The notes below the pieces were generated by a model. The model did no database searches. It was not told the origin of the DNA and saw nothing but the letters and a program-made list of their open reading frames with translations. From Guillardia theta CCMP2712 (taxonomy: Eukaryota; Protista; Cryptophyta): a stretch of 64,000 bases of DNA. Location of the stretch: positions 249,550 to 313,549 of the forward strand of contig NW_005434584.1 in the NCBI RefSeq assembly GCF_000315625.1, read 5' to 3'. Both the position numbers and the translations under genes were made by a program. Positions 24,652 through 34,122 of this stretch are shown here, in pieces (the first letter of the stretch is position 1; every line of letters begins with the position of its first letter).

Positions 24652-25486
24652 GGCTCCGCGAATGGCGTCGGGATCATCAGACGAGTTGGAAAGGGCAGGA
24701 AGAGCCATTTGAGTTTTGACATTGCGGCCATAAACAATCTCGAATGGCGCAAGGCTTGTTCAACGTTTGACGGAAGAATCGTAATTCATCTCGAAGAGAG
24801 GAAGAGCAAGAGTTCGAAACGTTTAGTCCAGAAGGCAGGAGAGAAGATTTTTGCATGACCTGAAATGATTTCGTTGCGAAGGCCTTGGTTGGCACCGACT
24901 TTCGAAACGAAAAGATCGGCAGCTTGTTGAGAGGTGAGAGTTCTCGAGTCGTAGTGAGAACGAGTCGGCGGGAAGCCGGAAACAACATCGATGGAAATTG
25001 TAGCAAAACGATCAGATGGAGCTGCTTAACTGTGCGAAGGGCTCATCTGCGGCTTGCGATAAGTTTTGTACCGAATGCAAGATTGACAGGAAAGAATGTA
25101 GCGTTCAACTTGTTGACAGGAACAAGAGCCATATATGTTCGAGAGAATCCACGATGACTGTGAAGGTCATGGGCACGGTAGAGAACTTCCTTGCTAACAG
25201 ATTGAGGAATGCAAATGCGTTGCCGGTGAAGACTATCTGTTAAAATCAGGAGATGGTTAGCAACTGCTGGATGGATTGTAGAACATGTACGATTGCATCG
25301 TGAAGAGATTGGACGCGAGAAACATTGTCACCAGGAACATCGAGAGCGAGAAGATGATGAAAATCTTGATCCTCTGAATGCAAGATTGCATCGGCACGTG
25401 GAGGTGTCCGGGTACTGGCGGCTGAGGGCGTCAGGGACAACATTGTCGGTACCTTTCACGTGCGCGATCTCGACGATAGAGAATTC
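24652..25486 (-). mobile_element. Near-identical second copy of the decayed Gypsy RNaseH/integrase segment at 19462-20316
   Basis: Same sequence with only scattered differences; the ORF track gives almost identical peptides for both copies. Confidence 0.9.
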
Positions 25487-25500
25487 GAGCTTCAGCTGAG

Positions 25501-25940
25501 AAGATGAAATGAGAACAAAGAAGATGAAATGAGAACAAAGAAGATGAAATGAGAACAAAGAAGATGAAATGAGAACAAAGAAGATGAAATGAGAACAAAG
25601 AAGATGAAATGAGAACAAAGAAGATGAAATGAGAACAAAGAAGATGAAATGAGAACAAAGAAGATGAAATGAGAACAAAGAAGATGAAATGAGAACAAAG
25701 AAGATGAAATGAGAACAAAGAAGATGAAATGAGAACAAAGAAGATGAAATGAGAACAAAGAAGATGAAATGAGAACAAAGAAGATGAAATGAGAACAAAG
25801 AAGATGAAATGAGAACAAAGAAGATGAAATGAGAACAAAGAAGATGAAATGAGAACAAAGAAGATGAAATGAGAACAAAGAAGATGAAATGAGAACAAAG
25901 AAGATGAAATGAGAACAAAGAAGATGAAATGAGAGCAAAG
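25501..25940. repeat. Tandem array, 20-bp unit AAGATGAAATGAGAACAAAG x22
   Basis: 21 identical copies plus one variant. Confidence 0.98.
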
Positions 25941-26860
25941 CTGGGGCTCCATAGAAGAAGAAATCATGTTCGTCGTCGAACTGCGAGAACCGAGAGCATG
26001 ACCTGCGGTACCCTATTCCTGAGGCGGAGGATCAGCAGGAGGCTGAGCTCGTGCTGACGAGGACGAAGAGACTGTCCCAGGAGGAGCAGAAGCGGGAGCA
26101 ACTGCGGGGGAATGCATGACGGGAGAGCCCGGGCCAGGAGCGGGAGCACCATTCTGAAGGAGAGCCGTGATGGCATGGAGGATGGCGGCTTGACTCGCTG
26201 GAGGATGGCAGGGCTGTGACACCGAGGAAGAAGCATTGCGATCAGCTTGCTTTTTCTTGTGGCAGTACTTCAACGTGTGTCCGGAACATTTGCAGTACGT
26301 GCAGAAATAATTCGGTCGAGGACCGGAGGACTGTGCAGGAGCTGTGGAGGGCTGAGCTCCTGGCGTCGACGGAGAGGGTTGAAGGGCACAAAGAGGCTGG
26401 GGAGCAGGAACCGAAGAAGACGGTTTGCTAAAAGCGACATCGTGGCAGCCGTAGGAGGGTGGATGTGCGGCATAGGAACCATGACGAGTTTGAGATGAGG
26501 GTCGAGGAAACCATTGGCAAATTGTTGAAGAAGACTGGGCTCTTGAAATACGACAGCCTCAGATTTGTAGAGCAAACGTTCGTCAGTACAACGTTGCGTG
26601 CGAAGAGTATAATCAGTGATCGATTCGTTGAAGGAACTATTCGTGAAGAGGACGATCGTGAGACATGCGTTGAAGAACAGCGTCGTCAAGAAAGGTCGTC
26701 GTATAGTAAACCCATAGGTTGCCGGGGATGCGTTGAACCGACATAGGACGTCCCATCTGAGAGAGCCAGCTGTGAATGCTTCGAGAGTCAGCCTGACCAA
26801 GAAAGGGGATGATGGACGTTCGGGCTGAAATTTCAAGAGAGGCTGAAGACTTCAGCAACC
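25941..26860 (-). mobile_element. Gypsy gag-like fragment
   Basis: PFLGQADSRSIHSWLSQM...IPGNLWVYYTTTFL resembles the gag at 47079-47615 (PTYKGMTDTRSIDDFLRQ). Confidence 0.5.
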
Positions 26861-26919
26861 AACGGTATACCCAAGTTAAAAACAGATAGCTGATTCTGGG
26901 AGAGATTCACCAAGACCTA

Positions 26920-27990
26920 CTAAGTGACGCCAGCCAGTTGGAGCCTGAAGAGAGCTGAGAAAGTTTGGAGGAGGAAGAAGGAAGGAGAGAGTGGAAGGGA
27001 TTGGGAGGAGAAGAGAACTGGGCGATAAGAGCCCCCTGTCTCTGATTTACTAGGGACTGAAGGGCTGCAGATTCTTCTAGATGCTTTCCTGAAACAAGGA
27101 CGTATCAGATCCGAGCACAAGGACGTATCCATTGATCACAGATCTGAGTCATCCCCCTCCTCAGTTGAAATAGCTGGAGACGACTCACTGACCTCATCCC
27201 GAGAACAGAAAGTAGACAGAACGATGAACGAATGTGCTGAGAGATTCTTCATGTTTCTTATGCAACTGTCTTGTTAGCGCCTTGGTGAAAATGTCGGCTG
27301 TGTTATCTGTACTCCGGATGTAGGAAACAGAAATAGCATTTGAATCTTGAAGTTGTCTGGCATAAAAGATCTTCATGTCAATGTTCTTCACCTGTGTGAC
27401 ATAACCTGAATTAAGAGTGAATGCAATAGCTGCGTTATTGTCACAAACACAGGAATGGGAAGAACTTGCAACTGATCATCTTCACAATCACGCAAAACGA
27501 AAAGTAGGCTTTGAGTTCTGCGCCAAGCAGAGACAACGCGGCATACTCGGCAGCAGCTGTAGAGAGAGAGATGGTAGGAAGTTTCTTTGACTTGAAGCCA
27601 ATAACAGCATTGCGATAGAAGATTGCCCATCCCGCTTGACTGTACATCACTTCCCCAATTGGAATCAGAGCAAGCAGAAATGAGATTGTCTGCTGGACAA
27701 GATGATGAACTGGAAGAGGAAAAGTTGTATTCCAAAGCTGAATCCTTTTGTAGTTAAGATATCCCAGCAACTGAGACAGAGCACAAAGATGATCTTGAGT
27801 TGGGGAATCAAGATATTGAGAAAGTTCAGACAAGACAAAACTGAGGTCTGGTCGTGTTAAGGTAGCAAGAAAATTGAGCTTGCCGATGGCTTTGCGATAA
27901 TGTTTGAAAGGGTTTAGGGGAGTCGAAAAAGCACTTGAGAGGACTGGTGTGAATCTCTTCTAAGAGCTCTCTGACATACTTGGACTCAGA
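26920..27990 (-). mobile_element. Ty1/Copia RT C-terminus + RNase H, PPT and partial 3' LTR
   Basis: YRKAIGKLNFLATLTRPDL, KSKKLPTISLSTAAAEY, NTADIFTKAL; PPT GAGGAGGGGGA followed by TGACTCAG near 27152; related LTR sequence at 33160-33397. Confidence 0.85.
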
Positions 27991-28734
27991 TATTCAACTT
28001 TCAAGGCTTGAATATCTGGAGCTCTCCATCACTGCTACCCGATCGTGGACAAGAAGAGGTCGATGTTTTCGAGTAAGAGAAGCAGAGGTATTCTCTCGTT
28101 TCCATGCATCAAGATATTCAGCATAGACTCGTGAAGGTGAGACATACAGTTCTCTATCATTGCGATCCAACGCATCCGCATACCGCTCACCTCGTCTTGT
28201 ATGATTGCGATGGTGAAGGTCATAAATCGTGGGACAAACTGAAGGGGCATTTGAAGGAAGCATCTATAGAGTCTATCAATAGGTTTGTTAATAAGGCTCT
28301 GCAATATGCTCCAGCAGGCAACCCGGCATATTTTGCCTGTCAGAACGTTATGCATTACATCGTCATGTATGTGTATAGACCTCGATTGTCAAGCATGGCA
28401 GACGAATGTCTTAAAGATTTCCATTCTGGATTTTTATCCAAGACCAGAGAACACCTTTACAAAACATGACATCAATTTGGAAATGATGCACAAAACTATG
28501 CGTGATGATCTTTCTGATGGTATCAGCAGGAGAACTAAAACTAATTTGCTGTTCTTGATTTCACCGATGTCAGATTATGTCAAACGGACATTCGATATCC
28601 TTAAACCTTACAGGTATCTACAACATGATCTGGGTGAGGATGTTCTGCGTATCCATTTGACGTTCTGGTTGTATGTTCACGAGGTTCATGAGTTTTTAAC
28701 GAAGAAATTATCCTAAACGTACCGACTTCTGTCA

Positions 28735-29384
28735 TTAAATCATCGTCGTAAGGCTTGGCTGCCCGACGGGCCTGAGCCCCTTGCCCTCCCTCACGCTCGC
28801 GACCCCCACGAAGGAGTGCTCAAGGTGCCCCGATCCCACGACCCTGGAGATCTCCGCCCCTCCGGCGGTGCAGGTGAGCATGTCTCCATGGAAGCTCATG
28901 GCGCAGACGTTGGTCTCGTTCTGGACGGTCTGCTGCCCCGCCACCTTGCGGATCGCGTGGAGTTGGTTGAAGTTGGGGAGGACGGAGAGGTAGCGGTGGT
29001 ACTGGTCCCTGTAGGGCTCGCGGTTGAGCACCCGCATCTCCGGCTTGACCGTGCTGTAGAGATTGTCGGGGTCGATGGCGAGGTTGATGTTGCCCTCCGC
29101 GGGGGGGTCGTAGAACACGATGGGGTTGGGCCATGGCTGCTTGATGTCCGTGAGTTGTTCGTGGTCCCCAAGGAATATGAAGGACATGACGAACATGTTC
29201 TTCCCCTCGTAGGGCTTGTCGATGGAGCTGTCTCGCTGGAACCTCTGCAGGTCGTGCCATCGGATCACCGAGTTGTCCATGCCGCCGTTGTAGCCGTCGA
29301 ATCAGAGGCGGATAAGGTTGTGCTCGTTGTGGATCAGAGCCTTGGCGTTGTGGATCAGAGCCTTGGCGTGGTACTTGTACCATG
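28735..29384 (-). pseudogene. Probable C-terminal fragment of a mirusvirus-type (HK97-fold) major capsid protein
   Basis: WYKYHAKALIHNEHNLIRL..FDGYNGGMD...CAMSFHGDM...GSGHLEHSFVGVASVREGKG-stop, matching my recollection of the mirusvirus MCP C-terminal pattern. GC3 is much higher than in the flanks; carries a 21-bp duplication and a stop at 29302. Not confirmed by a search. Confidence 0.55.
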
Positions 29385-29770
29385 TAATCCAGAACAGGTG
29401 CGTAGGTTTCATCATAGCTTCGTGTTTGGAACGTGTTGATTTTGAAAACAAGTTTGGAAAGTAGGACTTTAGCACCGGGGGGTGGGTGAGCAGTGGGAAG
29501 AGCTTCATGTACCCCCTTGTCTTGAAGCGCCTGAAGCCCCGTTACAATGCTCTTCATCCAAGCATCGCGTTGAGGGGATTGAAATGCCTGCCGCAGGTTC
29601 GAGAGTTACAGGGCAATGGCGGTGCCCCAGCATTCCGAGAAAACATGTAAACTGACGGATACTGTTTACCAGAACGAAGAAAACGAAGTGGGTTGAACAC
29701 ATCGCTCACGCAGCGAGCATGGGGAAAGGTATTACGGAATGCCTCCATGAAAGAATAACGGGCGCCTGAC
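29385..29770 (-). mobile_element. Copia RT N-terminal fragment, internally deleted
   Basis: PPGAKVLLSKLVFK...YDETYAPV with the intervening KARLVA segment missing. Confidence 0.7.
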
Positions 29771-30085
29771 AATTGAATATCCAGGATCTTGCCAATGTCT
29801 TCAGAAATCGGGGCATCAACAAATTGGCATTCTATTTAGAACACTTTGTTGTGCTTGCCGGAGTCGCAGTGCTCTGGGCAGAAGAGAACTGTTCTATCAT
29901 GAATCAAACGCTTAGCCAGATGCTGAGAAGACAGAGAGGAGAGGAAAGGACCATTGTCACTTACACAGACGCTGAGGAGACAGAGAGGAGAGGAAAGGAC
30001 CATTGTCGTTTGTATCGATGTCGATATCAGGCTGATTATCGACGCGCAGAACGGTCAAGAGCAACATGATCCTCAGTGGAAACAG

Positions 30086-30430
30086 TCACAACAGTGACGT
30101 CACTTGATGGTATAACTCGAAGATCAGATAAGACCCTGGAGAACTTGGTTCGCAAGGAGAAAACTCTCTCGTCAAAACGAACGTTAGTTGAGGTATAAAC
30201 TCGCCTTCATGCAGGGTGAAAGACAATATAGCCCTTGCGACCAAAACCCTTCGCTGAGCCGAGATAGACTTTTTCAATAACCGTACCTGACTCGGAGGGA
30301 GACTGTGACTGAACGTTGGACTGAGCTGATACAGGAACGGGAAGCTGATATGACCGAGGAGGTGATGGAACAGACGAACGAGGTGATCCTCGGGCACGGT
30401 TCACACCACCACATGATACTCGACGAGTAG
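30086..30430 (-). mobile_element. Copia GAG-pre-integrase fragment
   Basis: RLFHHLLGHISFPFLYQL (LWHxRLGH motif). Confidence 0.55.
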
Positions 30431-30529
30431 ATGAAGACCAGAAATGGTTGGGGCAGGGAATCGCGGGGTCGATGCTCTCCGCGCAGTAGTATCGCTCCGG
30501 GCAGACGTGACGCCATTGGGGAGAAGGTC

Positions 30530-30641
30530 CAAGGCTTACACGCACACTCCTCGACGTGTGAGATGTGCAAGGCTTACACGCACACTCCTCGACGTGTGAG
30601 ATGTGCAAGGCTTACACGCACACTCCTCGACGTGTGAGATG
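30530..30641. repeat. Tandem array, 38-bp unit x about 3
   Basis: CAAGGCTTACACGCACACTCCTCGACGTGTGAGATGTG starting at 30530, 30568 and 30606. Confidence 0.95.
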
Positions 30642-30836
30642 CTCTGCTTGGTGTAAGTGCCGTTGGGGCAGGGCTCGATGCCATAGTGGAACAGATATTA
30701 CACCCATCCCCCTGCTTGCCCATTTTGCTGTAGAAACCAACCACACAGCTTCACCCGATGGGAAACCCTGTTCCGCGATCGCTGTAACTGTGCTCGGGGC
30801 AGTCGTGCCTCGTGTCGTTGCGGCAGTACGAGCTCT

Positions 30837-31206
30837 CTTCTCGCTATACCCCTTCCTACACTCCCAGTAGAAGCTTCTCGCTATACCCCCTCCTACACTC
30901 CCAGTAGAAGCTTCTCGCTATACCCCCTCCTACACTCCCAGTAGAAGCTTCTCGCTATACCCCCTCCTACACTCCCAGTAGAAGCTTCTCGCTATACCCC
31001 CTCCTACACTCCCAGTAGAAGCTTCTCGCTATACCCCCTCCTACACTCCCAGTAGAAGCTTCTCGCTATACCCCCTCCTACACTCCCAGTAGAAGCTTCT
31101 CGCTATACCCCCTCCTACACTCCCAGTAGAAGCTTCTCGCTATACCCCCTCCTACACTCCCAGTAGAAGCTTCTCGCTATACCCCCTCCTACACTCCCAG
31201 TAGAAG
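30837..31206. repeat. Tandem array, 37-bp unit x10
   Basis: CTTCTCGCTATACCCCCTCCTACACTCCCAGTAGAAG, head-to-tail, no spacers. Confidence 0.98.
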
Positions 31207-31697
31207 TTCCTCACCTTGTGGAAGCCGTTGCTGTTGTGCTTGCACTCGATGTTCACGTTGATACCCTCGTTTTTATTCACGCAGGCCTTTCCATCTCTGC
31301 GATTACCCGCATTGTGCTCCGAAAGCACCTGTTTGTTTTGGGAGGTAGAGACATGTTTGTTTTGGGAGGTAGAGACATCCACGTCCCAGGAGTTGGAGCC
31401 CCTCAGGCACTCGTCCACATCCGCATACACGAGCCCGTGGAGCTCCCATCCTAGGTTCCAGGTCCAGGCGTTGGAACCGACGGTGTGCTGGCAGACTGCA
31501 AGGAGAGATCAGGGAGACACCAGTGTAAATCATCGACGTCCTCAAAGAAGGCAGATGAAGCAGACCGATACCCGGGGTTGCACTCGCACTCTGAGAGCTG
31601 GGACCTCCTCGTACCGCCGTTGTTGCTGCCGGCTGGGCATGAGGTGCAGACCAAATTCCCCAGATCGGACTTGTATCCCAATGGGCAGGTGTAACAA

Positions 31698-32489
31698 AGG
31701 CTGTAGCTGCAGTAGCCATCAGGCTGTAGCTGCAGTAGCCATCAGGCTGTAGCTGCAGTAGCCATCAGGCTGTAGCTGCAGTAGCCATCAGGCTGTAGCT
31801 GCAGTAGCCATCAGGCTGTAGCTGCAGTAGCCATCAGGCTGTAGCTGCAGTAGCCATCAGGCTGTAGCTGCAGTAGCCATCAGGCTGTAGCTGCAGTAGC
31901 CATCAGGCTGTAGCTGCAGTAGCCATCAGGCTGTAGCTGCAGTAGCCATCAGGCTGTAGCTGCAGTAGCCATCAGGCTGTAGCTGCAGTAGCCATCAGGC
32001 TGTAGCTGCAGTAGCCATCAGGCTGTAGCTGCAGTGCCATCAGGCTGTAGCTGCAGTAGCCATCAGGCTGTAGCTGCAGTAGCCATCAGGCTGTAGCTGC
32101 AGTAGCCATCAGGCTGTAGCTGCAGTAGCCATCAGGCTGTAGCTGCAGTAGCCATCAGGCTGTAGCTGCAGTGCCATCAGGCTGTAGCTGCAGTAGCCAT
32201 CAGGCTGTAGCTGCAGTAGCCATCAGGCTGTAGCTGCAGTAGCCATCAGGCTGTAGCTGCAGTAGCCATCAGGCTGTAGCTGCAGTAGCCATCAGGCTGT
32301 AGCTGCAGTAGCCATCAGGCTGTAGCTGCAGTAGCCATCAGGCTGTAGCTGCAGTAGCCATCAGGCTGTAGCTGCAGTAGCCATCAGGCTGTAGCTGCAG
32401 TAGCCATCAGGCTGTAGCTGCAGTAGCCATCAGGCTGTAGCTGCAGTAGCCATCAGGCTGTAGCTGCAGTAGCCATCAGGCTGTAGCTG
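31698..32489. repeat. Tandem array, 23-bp unit x about 34
   Basis: AGGCTGTAGCTGCAGTAGCCATC; two 22-bp variant copies. Confidence 0.98.
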
Positions 32490-33159
32490 ATGTAGCCTGG
32501 CTCACAGAGGCATGAGTCGATGGACCTGCTCCCAGGTTCAGACTTCGAGGATGTTGAGCATTTAACGCACCGGCCTGATCTGTGTACGTGTCTTTTGGGC
32601 AGGTCCATTCCCTTTGCATCCTTGTACTTCCTTACTGGGCAGGCGGAGCAATACTCCCCACCTGCCTGGTATCCCTCCAGGCAGTAGCCGATGGACTGGG
32701 ACTCGGCGCTGCTGTTCGAATGGCTTGAGGGCTTGCAGGTACCGAACCCTGCCTGCGCCGTCTCGTCCTGGTAGGTACCGGCATGGCACGCCCGGCAAGA
32801 GCCCAGCTGTGGTCATGTCAGGGCGTGGCTCCTGGTCGCAACCTCGCATACCCCAAGGCTGTCCACGGCATCCTCCCCTTGCACGGAGATCCTTGATCGC
32901 ACCGCCGAGCAGCTGACGTTGAGCGTGCCCGAGAGATGGATGTGGCTCTAGCAGGCGGCGTTGTAGAGGTTCGTGCTGGAATTGCCCACCCAAACCTCGA
33001 TCAATGGCACCCGAGCAGGACCCACAGGCCTGGGAGCACCACCGTGACGCTCGGGCTTGTCTCTGTCGTGGTAGAGGAGACGGTGGCGGCGCTGCCATCG
33101 ACGAAGGCCGTGAGATCCGCACTGCCGGATGCAGTCGGTCGGCTCGGTCGATGCCTCCT

Positions 33160-34080
33160 GTAGGGTGAAGATACAAGTGAAGATGAAAACGGAGAGGGAA
33201 CCCTTGGCGGCTCGAAGGAGGGAAGTTGGGAGCGAGGTACATATAAGACAGACAGAACTGACTGTGCTGCATGAAGAGAGGACAGGGCTAGTTGGAGCCT
33301 GAAGAGAGCTGAGCAAGTTTGGAGGAGGAAGAAGGAAGAGAGAGTGGAAGGGATTAGGATGACGTAGCCATTGATCACAGATCTGAGTCATCCCCCTACA
33401 CGCACACAACTTGAGCGAGTAGTTGTGTCCTGCCATCACGCCGCTGATCTGTAACGGTAACAGTGCACCTAGGCGAGTCTAAACCTACGCGAGCCGCTGA
33501 GAGCTCGGATAAGCTCCTGCTTGAGGCAATCTCTAGGCGCGAGTAAATCATCCCTCGCAGCAGTGAGAAACAAGCAACATGCACACCGTCACAGTCTGTC
33601 AGACGCTAGCGACCTCTAGTAGAGAAGTTAGAAAGTGCCTCAAGCAGGTAAGGCTGGGACGACCAAGACCTACACGAACACGTCACAACACGCAACCACA
33701 AAAGCTGTGCAAACACAAAATACACTCAAAAGCAACTTGAAGCACCAGCCAGCACTCAGCCCATGCGAGAAGCCGCGTAGAACAGCAAGGAGAGGCAAGC
33801 AACAAGACCTCAGTAGCATTCTTTCAGTGCAGGGGCTGGTTGCCAGCTCCTGGCTGGTGTGTGTAGTGTGATTGCGCAGCTTTAGTCGTGGCGGTGTTGG
33901 ATTACTCTCATGCTCTGTAACAATTCCTCAAGCAGGAAGGAAGAGACTAAGACCTCAGGAAACGTTGGGCTGAGGTTTTCCTGCATCATCTTGCAAGGGT
34001 CCTCAGCAGGCGGTGCGTGTTAGGGTCGCATCAACGGCAAGCAGAGGTGTAACGGGCGCATCAGCTACTAGAAGTGTAAC
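33160..34080. mobile_element. Cluster of LTR/repeat remnants
   Basis: 33160-33397 is similar to the Copia LTR at 26920-27152; 33630-33780 resembles the repeat at 51160-51280; several TGTAAC termini. Confidence 0.5.
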
Positions 34081-34122
34081 GGATCGGGAGGCTATTCGCG
34101 ATTTATTAGTCTCTCTGGCTTG

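Larger units (their letters stand above)
30431..33160 (-). pseudogene. Fragments of Cys-rich surface proteins (GCC2/GCC3-, TNFR- and EGF-like repeats) interrupted by tandem arrays
   Basis: CPERYYC, CPNGTY, ADVDEC, CTSCPAGS...ECECNPGY, CQACPAGTYQ, CSACP in shifting frames. Confidence 0.7.

Noticed and set aside
25328-25967. Hydrophobic repeat ORFs (FSFHLLCSHFIFFVLISSSL)n as membrane proteins
   Set aside because: They are translations of the 20-bp array, open in all three minus frames only because the unit lacks stops.
26941-26970. CTGAAGA...GAAA as a hammerhead ribozyme core
   Set aside because: No stem II pairing or closing G-C pair, and no convincing stems I/III.
30837-31206. 37-bp repeats as a CRISPR array (also the 20- and 23-bp arrays)
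   Set aside because: Units are head-to-tail with no spacers, there are no cas genes, and the context is eukaryotic.
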